DNA from: Methanobacteriota archaeon
Lineage (GTDB): Archaea; JAADCQ01; Methanopyri; Methanopyrales; Methanopyraceae
Length of the DNA stretch: 19,013 bases
Reading direction: 5' to 3'
NCBI GenBank assembly: GCA_027064305.1
Contig: JAMOPY010000008.1
Location: 1 to 19,013, forward strand
Position 1 is the first letter of the stretch. Every line of letters begins with the position of its first letter. This document shows, in pieces, positions 7,404 through 15,804 of this stretch. The notes below the pieces were generated by a model that searched no databases, was not told where the DNA came from, and worked only from the letters and a program-made list of their open reading frames with translations. Position numbers and translations under genes: made by a program.

Positions 7404-7903
7404 CCGCTCCCGCTCGAGGACGATCGTCCAGCCCCCGACGCGGCGCGTTTCAGCGCTCCCTCGAGCCTCAGGAGCCTGCGCTTCCATCGTGACCCCCACC
7501 TGAACCCTCCCAGTCCCCGGGACCCGACGACGCGGTGGCAGGGCACGAGCACGGGGGTCTCGTTCCGGGCGAGGGCCCGGCCGACGACGCGCGGGTGCGT
7601 GCCGACGCGCTCGGCCAGCTCCCCGTACGTTTTAACCTCGCCGTACCCCAGCCTTCTCACCTCGGAGAGCACGGCCCGGTGCACCGGCGCGTCCGGGAGC
7701 CGCACCGGGACGTCCCGGAGGTCCGCCCGCTCGCCCCGGAAGTACCGTTCCAGGCGCTCCCTTAGGTCCAGGAAACCCTTTTCCGGCAGGTCGGGCGGCT
7801 CGGTTCCGGGTGGCTCGACCCGGAGCGCGCGCCGCCCGTCGTGCACCACGTACCCGCGCCCGTACGGGGTCTCGTAGGTTAGAACGTACCGGGGCGTGGT
7901 CAT
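7400..7903 (-). CDS. ogt: Methylated-DNA--protein-cysteine methyltransferase
   Basis: YGEVKTYGELA, PRVVGRAL-x-RN, active site PCHRVV, GLGGF and K-x-x-LLRLEG. Confidence 0.93.
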   Translation of the reverse strand: MTTPRYVLTYETPYGRGYVVHDGRRALRVEPPGTEPPDLPEKGFLDLRERLERYFRGERADLRDVPVRLPDAPVHRAVLSEVRRLGYGEVKTYGELAERVGTHPRVVGRALARNETPVLVPCHRVVGSRGLGGFRWGSRWKRRLLRLEGALKRAASGAGRSSSSGSG

Positions 7904-9839
7904 CGTGGTGGAGCCCCTGACCGAGGATGAGCTGGATTGGGAGGAGCTCGGGCTGCGGGTGGGTCTGGAGATCCATCGTCAGCTGGACACCCCTAGGAAG
8001 CTGTTCTGCGGGTGCGAGCCGGAGCTGGTGGAGGAGGTGCCGGAGGAGCCGAGGGTGCGGCGTAAGCTGCGGCCGGTTCAGAGCGAGCTGGGCGAGTTCG
8101 ACCCGGCGGCGCTGGAGGAGTTCAAGCGGGATCGAACGTTCTACTACCTGGCGGACGGCTCGTTCTCCTGCCTGGTGGAGCTGGACGAGGAGCCGCCGCA
8201 CGAGCCGTGCGAGGAGGCGCTGGACACGGCGATCAAGGTCACGCTGCTGCTGGGTGGGGAGGTGGTCGATGAGGTGCACGTGATGCGCAAGATGGTCATC
8301 GACGGCTCGAACACGACCGGGTTTCAGCGGACGATGCTGGTGGGGATCGGTGGGGAGGTGCCCACGTCCGAGGGGCCGGTGCGGATCAGCACGGTCTGCC
8401 TGGAGGAGGACGCGGCCCGGAAGGTGCGGGGCTGGGATCAGGAGCTGCGGGTGGAGTACTGCCTGGACCGGTTGGGCATCCCGCTGATCGAGGTGTCGAC
8501 GGAGCCGGACATCCGGACGCCCGAGCAGGCGCGGGAGGCGGCGGAGAACGTCGGGGAGGCGATCAAGGCGGTGGGCGGGGTCAAGTCCGGGATCGGTACG
8601 GTGCGGCAGGACGTGAACGTGTCGATCGAGGGGGGCGCGGTGCAGGAGATCAAGGGCGTGCAGGACCTGAACCTGATCCCGAAGGTGGTGCGGTTCGAGG
8701 CGCTGCGGCAGGCCAACCTGCTGCGGCTGCGGGACGCGCTGCGGGAGCGGGGCGTGAAGGAGACGGACGTGGTGGAGTCCCGGCCGGTGGACGTGACCGA
8801 GGTGTTCGAGGGAACGGAGTCGGAGGTGGTCCGGCGCGAGCTCGAGCGGGGCGGCGTCGTCTACGCGCTGAAGCTGCCCGGGTTCGACGGGCTGCTGGGT
8901 TTCGAGCTCTGCCCGGGCCGCCGGTTCGGGACGGAGCTGGCCGACTACGCGCGGCGGCGGGGCGTTTCGGGCCTGTTCCACTCGGACGAGCTGCCCGGGT
9001 ACGGGATCTCGGAGCGGGAGGTGGAGGAGGTCGAGCGGCGGCTGAAGGTGGGGGACGGGGACGCGTTCGTGCTCATCGCGGGGCCGAAGGACCGGGTCAG
9101 GTCGGCGATGGAGGCGGTGAGGGATCGGGCGGTGATGGCGCTGGATGGGGTTCCGGCCGAGACGCGGCGGGCGCTGCAGGATGGGACGACGGAGTACATG
9201 CGGCCGCGGCCGGGCGCCGCGCGGATGTACCCGGAGACGGACATCCCACCGGTCGTGATCAGCCGGGAGCGGGTGGAGAGGCTGCGGCGGGAGCTGCCGG
9301 AGCGGCCGTGGGAGCGGCGTGAGAAGCTGCTGGAGGAGTACGGGCTGAACGAGGAGTTGGTGGAGCAGCTGTTCGAGCACGGTCGGGTGGAGGAGTTCGA
9401 GCGGTTGGTGGAGCGGACGGGCGCGGACCCGAAGGTGGTGGCCACGACCCTGGTGAACGTGCTACCGAGGCTGCGGAAGGACGGGTACCCGGTGGAGGAG
9501 CTGCGCGAGTCGCACCTGGAGGAGGTGCTGCGGCTGTACGCGGAGGGGAGGATCGCGAAGTCGGCGATCGAGGAGCTGCTGGGGGCGCTCGCGGCGGACC
9601 CGGACGCGGACGCGGAGGAGCTGGCGGAGGAGCTGGGCCTGATCGCGGCGTCGCGGGAGGAGATCGAGCGCGTGGTGCGGAAGGTGGTGGAGCGGCATCG
9701 GGAGGAGATCGAGGAGCGCGGGATGCGGGTGATGGGCAAGGTGATGGGGGAGGTGATGGAGGCGCTGCGCGGGCGTGCGGACGGGAAGTTGGTCAGCGAG
9801 ATCGTGAGGGAGCACATCGAGAGGCTCTCGGGAGCGTGA
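7896..9839 (+). CDS. gatE: Glutamyl-tRNA(Gln) amidotransferase subunit E
   Basis: GLEIHRQL..KLFC, MRKMVIDGSNTTGFQRT, LDRLGIPLIEV, RQDVNVSI, GAD insert (FGTELADYA, HSDELPGYGI), RPGAARMYPETDIP and a YqeY-like tail. Start is uncertain (GTG 7896-7908). Confidence 0.97.
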   Translation: MVIVVEPLTEDELDWEELGLRVGLEIHRQLDTPRKLFCGCEPELVEEVPEEPRVRRKLRPVQSELGEFDPAALEEFKRDRTFYYLADGSFSCLVELDEEPPHEPCEEALDTAIKVTLLLGGEVVDEVHVMRKMVIDGSNTTGFQRTMLVGIGGEVPTSEGPVRISTVCLEEDAARKVRGWDQELRVEYCLDRLGIPLIEVSTEPDIRTPEQAREAAENVGEAIKAVGGVKSGIGTVRQDVNVSIEGGAVQEIKGVQDLNLIPKVVRFEALRQANLLRLRDALRERGVKETDVVESRPVDVTEVFEGTESEVVRRELERGGVVYALKLPGFDGLLGFELCPGRRFGTELADYARRRGVSGLFHSDELPGYGISEREVEEVERRLKVGDGDAFVLIAGPKDRVRSAMEAVRDRAVMALDGVPAETRRALQDGTTEYMRPRPGAARMYPETDIPPVVISRERVERLRRELPERPWERREKLLEEYGLNEELVEQLFEHGRVEEFERLVERTGADPKVVATTLVNVLPRLRKDGYPVEELRESHLEEVLRLYAEGRIAKSAIEELLGALAADPDADAEELAEELGLIAASREEIERVVRKVVERHREEIEERGMRVMGKVMGEVMEALRGRADGKLVSEIVREHIERLSGA

Positions 9840-10897
9840 CCGCGTTGGACGTGGAGAAGCGGGTGGTGCGGCTGCTCAAGGAGTACATCTCCATCCCGAG
9901 CGTCAGCGGGGAGGAGCGGGAGCTGGCGGAGCGGTACGCCTCGGACCTGGAGCGGGCCGGGCTGGAGGTGCGGGTGGACGAGCTGGGGAACGTGATCGCC
10001 CGGCGCGGGGAGCCGTCGGTCTGCCTGACCTCGCACCTGGACACGGTCCCTCCGGACGGGATGGAGGATCCGTTCGAGCCGCGGGTAGAGGAGGGTCGGG
10101 TCTACGGTCGAGGGGCGTGCGACGCGAAGGCGAACCTCGCCGTGTACGCGGTCGTGGCGGAGCTGTGGAAGGGTCCCCTGGAGGTCATCGGGGTGGTGCG
10201 GGAGGAGACGGACTCGGCGGGCGTGCGGCGGGTGCTGAGGGAGGGGGAGATGGTCTCGGACCACGTGATCAACGGGGAGCCGACGGGGCTGCGTCCCGTA
10301 ATCGGTCACAAGTCGCGGGCGGAGGTTCGGCTGCGGGTGCGGGGGAAGCCGAGGCACGCGAGCGAGGACCCGCGGGACAACCCGATCCTGCGGTTTTATC
10401 GCGCGCTGAGGCGGCTGAGGGAGCGCGCCCGGGGGCTGGAGGACGGGCTCGGTCGACCCACCGTGGTGCCGACCCGGGTCGTGGCCGAGTCCGGGGCGAC
10501 GAACGTGACGCCGGAGGAGCTGGAGGCCGTGCTGGACGTGCGGTTGAACACGCGGCTGTCCCCGGAAGAGCTGCGGGAGCTGCTGGAGCGGGAGTGCGAG
10601 GAGGTGGAGGTGCGCTCCGGCGCGCCGCCGTTTCGACTTCGGGGGGACGAGGCGGTGGTGCGGGCGCTGGTGGGAGCGTTGAGGCGGCGCGGCCTGCCCG
10701 CGGAGCCGACCGTGTGGTCGGCCAGCACCGACGCCGGGTACATCCGTCACCTGGGCGGGAAGGACGTGGTCGTGTTCGGGCCAGGATCCATAAAATACGC
10801 TCACACCCCGGAGGAGCACGTGCCGATCCGGGAGCTGGTGATGGCCGTGCGCGTGCTGGAGGAGGTCGTGAACGAGCTGTCGCAAGGGTGTGCGTAA
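9836..10897 (+). CDS. M20 family metallohydrolase (ArgE/DapE-like deacylase)
   Basis: Metal-binding motifs [21 protein letters not shown] and AHTPEEH. GTGA overlap with gatE. Confidence 0.88.
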   Translation: MTALDVEKRVVRLLKEYISIPSVSGEERELAERYASDLERAGLEVRVDELGNVIARRGEPSVCLTSHLDTVPPDGMEDPFEPRVEEGRVYGRGACDAKANLAVYAVVAELWKGPLEVIGVVREETDSAGVRRVLREGEMVSDHVINGEPTGLRPVIGHKSRAEVRLRVRGKPRHASEDPRDNPILRFYRALRRLRERARGLEDGLGRPTVVPTRVVAESGATNVTPEELEAVLDVRLNTRLSPEELRELLERECEEVEVRSGAPPFRLRGDEAVVRALVGALRRRGLPAEPTVWSASTDAGYIRHLGGKDVVVFGPGSIKYAHTPEEHVPIRELVMAVRVLEEVVNELSQGCA

Positions 10898-10898
10898 C

Positions 10899-12743
10899 GT
10901 GTGCGGGATAGTCGGATACGTGGGTGAGCGGGACGCCGCCCCGATCATCGTGGAATCGCTGGTGCGGTTGGAGTACCGGGGGTACGACTCGGCGGGCGTC
11001 GCGACCATCCACGAGGGCAGGCTCTACGTGGAGAAGGACGCGGGGAAGCTGACGGAGGGTGGCGAGCCCACGGACCTGCAGCGGCGGTTGAAGTCCCTGC
11101 CGGGTAAGATCGGGATCGGCCACACCCGGTGGGCCACGCACGGGGACCCGACGCGGGAGAACGCTCACCCGCACACGGACTGCCGTGACCGGATCGCGGT
11201 CGTGCACAACGGGATCATCGAGAACTTCAGCGAGCTGCGTCAGGAGCTCGAGGAGCGGGGTCACCGGTTCACCTCGGAGACGGACACGGAGGTCGTGCCT
11301 CACCTGATCGAGGAGTTCATGAGCGAGGGCAAGTCGTTCTTCGACGCGTTCGTTGAGGCGGTCAAGCGCCTGGAGGGGTCGTACGCGATCGCCGCGATCT
11401 GCGTGGACGAGCCGGACGTGATCCTGGCCGCCCGGAAGGAGAGCCCGCTGGTCGTGGGGCTGGGCGAGGACGGGAATTTCCTGGCCTCGGACATCCCGGC
11501 GATCCTACCGGAGACGAACGAGGTGATTCCGGTGGACGACGGTGAGGTCGTGGTGGTGAAGCGGGATGAGGTGAAGATCCTGGACGCGGAGACGCTGCGG
11601 GACGTGACGGACGAGAAGGAGGTGCAGGTGGTCGAGGAGGATCCGCACCGGCTGGAGCGGCACGGGTACCCGCACTTCATGCTGAAGGAGATTCACGAGC
11701 AGCCGGAGGCGGTGCGTAACACGCTGACCATCGAGCGGGACCGGCTGGTGGAGATGGCCGAGGAGCTGGCCCGGGGCGAGTACCGGCGGCTGTACATCGT
11801 CGCGTGCGGTACCTCGTACCACGCGGGGCTGGGCGCCAAGTACGCGATGGAGATGCTGGCCCGGTTCCCGGTGGACGTGGTCATCGCCTCGGAGTTCCGG
11901 TACGTGACGCGGGAGCTCGTGGACGAGGAGACGCTGGTGCTGGCGATCTCGCAGTCCGGGGAGACGGCGGACACGCTCGCGGCCGTGCGGGAGGCGAACG
12001 AGCGGGGCGCGACGACGATCGCGCTCACGAACGTCGTCGGCAGCACCATCACCCGCGAGGTCGATCACGTGATGTACACGCACGCGGGCTTCGAGAAGGC
12101 GGTGGCGGCGACGAAGACGTACACGGCCCAGCTGGCGGCGATGTACACGTTGACCGTGGAGTTGGCCCGGCGGTTGGGCGAGCTGACGGACAAGGAGGCG
12201 GAGGAGTACCACGAGGAGCTGGACCGGGTGCCGGAGATGCTGGAGCGGGTGCTGGAGTGGGAGCGGGAGCGGGAGGTCGCCGTGCTGGGTGGTCGGTACA
12301 AGGAGCGCCCGAACTGGTTCTTCATCGGGCGGGGCCCGGGCTACCCGACGGCGATGGAGGGCGCGCTGAAGCTGAAGGAGATCACGTACCAGCACGCGGA
12401 GGCGTACCCGGCGGGTGAGCTGAAGCACGGTCCGCTGGCGCTGATCGAGGAGGGGGTGCCGGTGGTTGCGGTGGCGCAGCGGGGTGGGGTGTACGAGAAG
12501 ATGCTGGCCAACATCGAGGAGGTGAAGGCGCGGGGCGCGACGGTGATCACGGTGGCGGAGGAGGGTGACGAGAACGTGGAGGAGCACTCGGACCACGTGA
12601 TCCGGGTGCCGAGGATCAGCGAGGTGTTCTCGCCGATCGTGTACACGGTGCCCCTGCAGCTGCTGGCCTACTACATGAGCGTGGCGCGGGGCATCGACCC
12701 GGATTACCCGCGGAACCTGGCGAAGAGCGTCACGGTGGAGTAG
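10899..12743 (+). CDS. glmS: Glutamine--fructose-6-phosphate aminotransferase
   Basis: Start placed at GTG 10899 to give the N-terminal nucleophile (M)CGIVG. Also [41 protein letters not shown] and [11 protein letters not shown]. No intein. Confidence 0.97.
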   Translation: MCGIVGYVGERDAAPIIVESLVRLEYRGYDSAGVATIHEGRLYVEKDAGKLTEGGEPTDLQRRLKSLPGKIGIGHTRWATHGDPTRENAHPHTDCRDRIAVVHNGIIENFSELRQELEERGHRFTSETDTEVVPHLIEEFMSEGKSFFDAFVEAVKRLEGSYAIAAICVDEPDVILAARKESPLVVGLGEDGNFLASDIPAILPETNEVIPVDDGEVVVVKRDEVKILDAETLRDVTDEKEVQVVEEDPHRLERHGYPHFMLKEIHEQPEAVRNTLTIERDRLVEMAEELARGEYRRLYIVACGTSYHAGLGAKYAMEMLARFPVDVVIASEFRYVTRELVDEETLVLAISQSGETADTLAAVREANERGATTIALTNVVGSTITREVDHVMYTHAGFEKAVAATKTYTAQLAAMYTLTVELARRLGELTDKEAEEYHEELDRVPEMLERVLEWEREREVAVLGGRYKERPNWFFIGRGPGYPTAMEGALKLKEITYQHAEAYPAGELKHGPLALIEEGVPVVAVAQRGGVYEKMLANIEEVKARGATVITVAEEGDENVEEHSDHVIRVPRISEVFSPIVYTVPLQLLAYYMSVARGIDPDYPRNLAKSVTVE

Positions 12744-12744
12744 C

Positions 12745-14247
12745 TCACTCTCCCTCCTCCTCTTCCTCGATCCCGATCACCTTGAAGATGCGCTTGCGCA
12801 CCGCCTCCTCCACCAGCTCCAGCACCTCGTCCTTCTGCACGTCCTTGAAGATGCCCAGCGGGATCTCGGCCGCGGCCGCCTTGGAGTGACCGCCCGCGGA
12901 CCCGACGTCCCCGAACGCCTCCCGCATCACCTCGCCCAGGTTCAGGCGGATGTCGTCCGTGCGGGCGGAGATCTTGATCTTCCCGTTCACCACCCCGAAG
13001 ACGATCACCGTGTGCACGCCCTCCAGGTTCAGCAGGTAGTCCGCGGCCTGAGGCAGCGCGTCCTCGTTCTTGACGAACCCGACGTTGGAGAACAGGTAGC
13101 TGCGGACCACGGTCCGGTTCCGGATGGCCTCACCCAGCACGTCCAGCGTCTCCGGGGAGATGTCGGGGGACTCGATCTTCGCCAGCACCTCGTGGTCGGC
13201 CCGCGGGTACAGGAAGGCGGCCGCCTTCAGGTCCTCCGGGGACACGTTGCGGGTGAAGTTCAGCGTGTCCGTGCGGATCCCGTAGAGCAGCGCCGTGGCG
13301 GTGCGACGGTCCACGTCCTTACCCATCGTCTTCAGGTACTGGGTGAGGATGGTCGAGGTCGCGCCCACCTCGGGCCGGTGGTCCGTGAACTCGGCCAGCT
13401 CGAGCGCGTCCAGCGAGGACCCCTCGCTGACGCTCATCATGCCGCCGTTGGAGGACGAGTCGTGGTGATCGATGACCGCAAGGATGCGGCCGTCCAGGTC
13501 GTCCCCCAGCTCCTCCTCGAGCACCTTGGGCACGGTGGGCGTGTCGACGATGGCGAAGCCGTCGTACTCGTCCAGGTCCACCTCCGACGCGCGCATCATC
13601 TCGATGTCGAGCATGTTGACCAGGGCCTTGTTCTCCTGGTGCCCGATCTCGCCCCCGTACACGATGTCCACGTGCACGTCCTTCTCGGAGACGAGCTCCT
13701 GCAGGGCGACCGCGCTGGCGATGGAGTCCGGATCCGGGTTGTTATGGGGGACGATCGCGACGGAGTCCACGCGCTCGAACACGGCCAGCAGCTCCTGCGC
13801 CTTCTGCCGGTTCCGCACGTTGTCGATGTTGTAGAGGAGCTTTTCCACGAGGAGCTGGTTGGGGGAGAGCACCTCGTCGGCGCCCAGCTCGTTGAACTCC
13901 TCCACCCGGTCCTCGTCCGCCACGCGGACGACGACGTAGGCGCTCTCGTTCAGCCTGCGGATCAGCTCGACGGCCCGCGCGTTCACGTCGTCGTCCGGGG
14001 TGAGCACGTAGACGGTGACGGCCTCCTCGACGCCCGCCTCCTCCAGCACCTCACGCTCCGTCACGTCCCCGATGACCACGTCGAATCCCTGCTCCTTCAG
14101 CACCTCCGCGCGGTTCTCGTCGCAGTCCACGATCACGACGTCCTCGCCGCGGTCCCGGAGCGCGTCCGCGACCACGTGGCCGACGGAACCGGCACCCAGG
14201 ATCACGTGCAGGGGAATCGTCGATGCCCCCGCGCCGACGGTGGGCAA
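12745..14247 (-). CDS. TrkA-N (RCK_N) domain fused to a DHH/DHHA1 phosphoesterase
   Basis: Rossmann ILGAGSVG..D and GD; then H-x-NPDPDS, VDT, IDHH, GIRTDT, SAR and AGGH. The ORF-track ATG 14286 lies inside a TATA box, so TTG 14247 or GTG 14256 is more likely. Confidence 0.88.
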   Translation of the reverse strand: MPTVGAGASTIPLHVILGAGSVGHVVADALRDRGEDVVIVDCDENRAEVLKEQGFDVVIGDVTEREVLEEAGVEEAVTVYVLTPDDDVNARAVELIRRLNESAYVVVRVADEDRVEEFNELGADEVLSPNQLLVEKLLYNIDNVRNRQKAQELLAVFERVDSVAIVPHNNPDPDSIASAVALQELVSEKDVHVDIVYGGEIGHQENKALVNMLDIEMMRASEVDLDEYDGFAIVDTPTVPKVLEEELGDDLDGRILAVIDHHDSSSNGGMMSVSEGSSLDALELAEFTDHRPEVGATSTILTQYLKTMGKDVDRRTATALLYGIRTDTLNFTRNVSPEDLKAAAFLYPRADHEVLAKIESPDISPETLDVLGEAIRNRTVVRSYLFSNVGFVKNEDALPQAADYLLNLEGVHTVIVFGVVNGKIKISARTDDIRLNLGEVMREAFGDVGSAGGHSKAAAAEIPLGIFKDVQKDEVLELVEEAVRKRIFKVIGIEEEEEGE

Positions 14248-14284
14248 CGCGTGCACCCTAGGCGGACGTCGCGGTCGTTCAAGC

Positions 14285-14292
14285 ATATATAA
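14285..14292 (-). promoter_or_regulatory. TATA box for the RCK-DHH gene
   Basis: Minus-strand TTATATAT about 30-40 nt upstream of the likely starts. Confidence 0.65.
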
Positions 14293-14335
14293 CGATGTCC
14301 GGCCGCTTCCCGAGATAACTTGTCAGAAATAGCCG

Positions 14336-14341
14336 AAAAAA
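14336..14341 (-). terminator. Oligo-T terminator downstream of the eS26 gene
   Basis: Minus-strand TTTTTT about 37 nt after the TAA stop, preceded by a pyrimidine-rich run. Confidence 0.55.
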
Positions 14342-14377
14342 CCGGGCAGGGAGGGCCGAAGGGAGCGCGGGCGGCGC

Positions 14378-14641
14378 TTACCGGCGCTTGGGCTTGCGGA
14401 TGCCCAGGAACCGGGCGCACTTGGGGCAGTAGTAAACCTTCCTGGAGAACGTGTGCACGTACCGGTCGTCCACGGCCTGCCGGACCACGGGGTCCGTGAT
14501 CCGGAACCCCTGGGTGGCCGGGATGGCCTTGTGGCGGGGAACCTTGCCGCCACAGCACTCGCAGGTCACGAACGAGGGTTTACCGCGGGACTTCGACTGC
14601 TTCCAGCCATCCCGACCCTTCCGCCTCGGGTTGCGCGCCAT
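14378..14641 (-). CDS. rps26e: 30S ribosomal protein eS26 (S26e) family
   Basis: 87 aa basic protein with RKGR..KSRG..V-x-C-x-x-C-x-x-x-VPRHKAI and YYC-x-x-CA-x-x-x-GI, the eS26 zinc-site layout. It has an SD (GGGAGGG), an upstream TATA-like element and a terminator. Confidence 0.85.
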   Translation of the reverse strand: MARNPRRKGRDGWKQSKSRGKPSFVTCECCGGKVPRHKAIPATQGFRITDPVVRQAVDDRYVHTFSRKVYYCPKCARFLGIRKPKRR

Positions 14642-14658
14642 TCGGCGCTCCCTCCCGG

Positions 14659-15192
14659 CTAACCCTCCCTGTCAAAGTATATATTCTTCCCGGTTGCGGA
14701 GAGCGGGATCCCGATCACGACGTCCGCGTCAATCAGCCCCAGCGCCCGGACGGCGACGCCGACGGTGTACATCAGCCGGTTGTCGACGACCAGGTCGTTG
14801 GCGATCTTGGCGGCCGAGCCCAGCGCGATCCCCAGGTCGATCAGTTTGAACCCGCAGAGCGGGCCGGCGAACTCCCGATCCACCTCCCTCTCCTCGAGCT
14901 CGTCGCAGTCCGAGCCGCACATCCCGCAGTGGAGGCCGCAGGGACCGCTGGACTTGACCCCGATCGCGACCAGGCACTCGGACTTTCGCAGGCACTCCGC
15001 GTCCCGGCGGAAGAAGTCTGCCCCTTTCTCCTCGGCGATCTCCTCCATCTTGTCCGCGATCTCGCGCAGCCGCTCCTTATCCTCGATGATCTCCACCACG
15101 ATGTCGTCGATCCCGCGCGTCTTGGGGGCCGTCCGGGCGGCGACGGCCATCAGGCGGGCGACCTGGAGGACTCCCTCCGCCTCGGGTTTCAC
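14659..15192 (-). CDS. Ferredoxin-domain-containing protein (DUF2148/COG4739-like)
   Basis: LMAVAARTAPK-x-RG-x-D, FF-x-RDA, CGLHCGMCG-x-x-C, C-x-x-K-x-x-DLGIALGSA, DNR-x-MYTVG and GIPLS-x-x-GKNIYFDR. GTG 15192 overlaps the upstream stop (GTGA). Confidence 0.82.
   Translation of the reverse strand: MKPEAEGVLQVARLMAVAARTAPKTRGIDDIVVEIIEDKERLREIADKMEEIAEEKGADFFRRDAECLRKSECLVAIGVKSSGPCGLHCGMCGSDCDELEEREVDREFAGPLCGFKLIDLGIALGSAAKIANDLVVDNRLMYTVGVAVRALGLIDADVVIGIPLSATGKNIYFDREG
14678..14690 (-). promoter_or_regulatory. BRE/TATA candidate for rps26e embedded in the DUF2148 3' end
   Basis: Minus-strand GGAAG-AATATATA about 40 nt upstream of ATG 14641, encoded with codons AAT ATA TAC TTT that are atypical for this window. 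Confidence 0.55.
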
Positions 15193-15776
15193 CGGGGGCC
15201 ACCCCCGACCGTGGGCGGCCGTTCGGCGAGGAGCATGTCGACCAGGCTGTCGCACAGGACGGCGGCCATCCGGGCGTCCTTCTCGGCGGCGACGGGGGGC
15301 GCCGTCCCCTCGGGATCGTCCGTGATCGCGCAGATCATGCCGTCCTTGGTGCGGCACATCATACCGGGGCGGGCCGGGATCCACCTCCGGTCGCGCGGGT
15401 CGTAAACGCGGTCCACGGGTCGCCCCTCGAACGCCTCGGCGGAGGTGATTGGGAGCCGGAGGAGGCCCTTGTTGACCGCCTCGGTGCCGCGGCCCGGGAA
15501 GAACGCGTCCATCAGGGCCTTCCCGAGGGCCGTGAACGTGCCGGTGGCGAGATACTTTTTACCGCGCGCGCCCCGGGCCGTGCGAGCGTTGTAAATGCGG
15601 ACGTGCACGCGGTACATGCCGGTGACGGGGCTGACCAGTCGCTCCACGATCTCCTCCACCCTCTCGCGCCCGGGCACCTCGACGTCGATTTTCAGCCCGG
15701 AGCCTGGGCGGACGGTGACGCGCGCGTGCGTGATGATCCCCTTCGTGACCGCCTCCCCCAGGGCCTTCCCGGTCAC
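15189..15776 (-). CDS. Hypothetical protein (~195 aa), possibly a degenerate GHMP/S5-D2-like fold
   Basis: Fills the gap between DUF2148 and glyA, has SD GGGGAGGG upstream of GTG 15776, and is coupled to DUF2148 by GTGA. The ORF-track extension to 16160 is antisense to glyA. Confidence 0.65.
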   Translation of the reverse strand: MTGKALGEAVTKGIITHARVTVRPGSGLKIDVEVPGRERVEEIVERLVSPVTGMYRVHVRIYNARTARGARGKKYLATGTFTALGKALMDAFFPGRGTEAVNKGLLRLPITSAEAFEGRPVDRVYDPRDRRWIPARPGMMCRTKDGMICAITDDPEGTAPPVAAEKDARMAAVLCDSLVDMLLAERPPTVGGGPR

Positions 15777-15804
15777 GCGCACCCTCCCCTTGGGGGCGCC
15801 CCGT

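Noticed and set aside
10890-10898. ORF-track start for glmS at 10890
   Set aside because: GlmS needs Cys at position 2, which gives GTG 10899.
13385-13442. ATGATGA box C match on the minus strand inside the DHH gene
   Set aside because: No properly spaced D'/C' boxes; explained by Met-Met-Ser codons.
14314-14324. Imperfect palindrome GATAACTTGTC upstream of the RCK-DHH promoter
   Set aside because: Short, mismatched and single-copy, so it cannot be told apart from chance.
15730-15760. GTGATGA box C match on the plus strand
   Set aside because: No downstream CTGA at suitable spacing; it is antisense to Ile-Ile-Thr codons.
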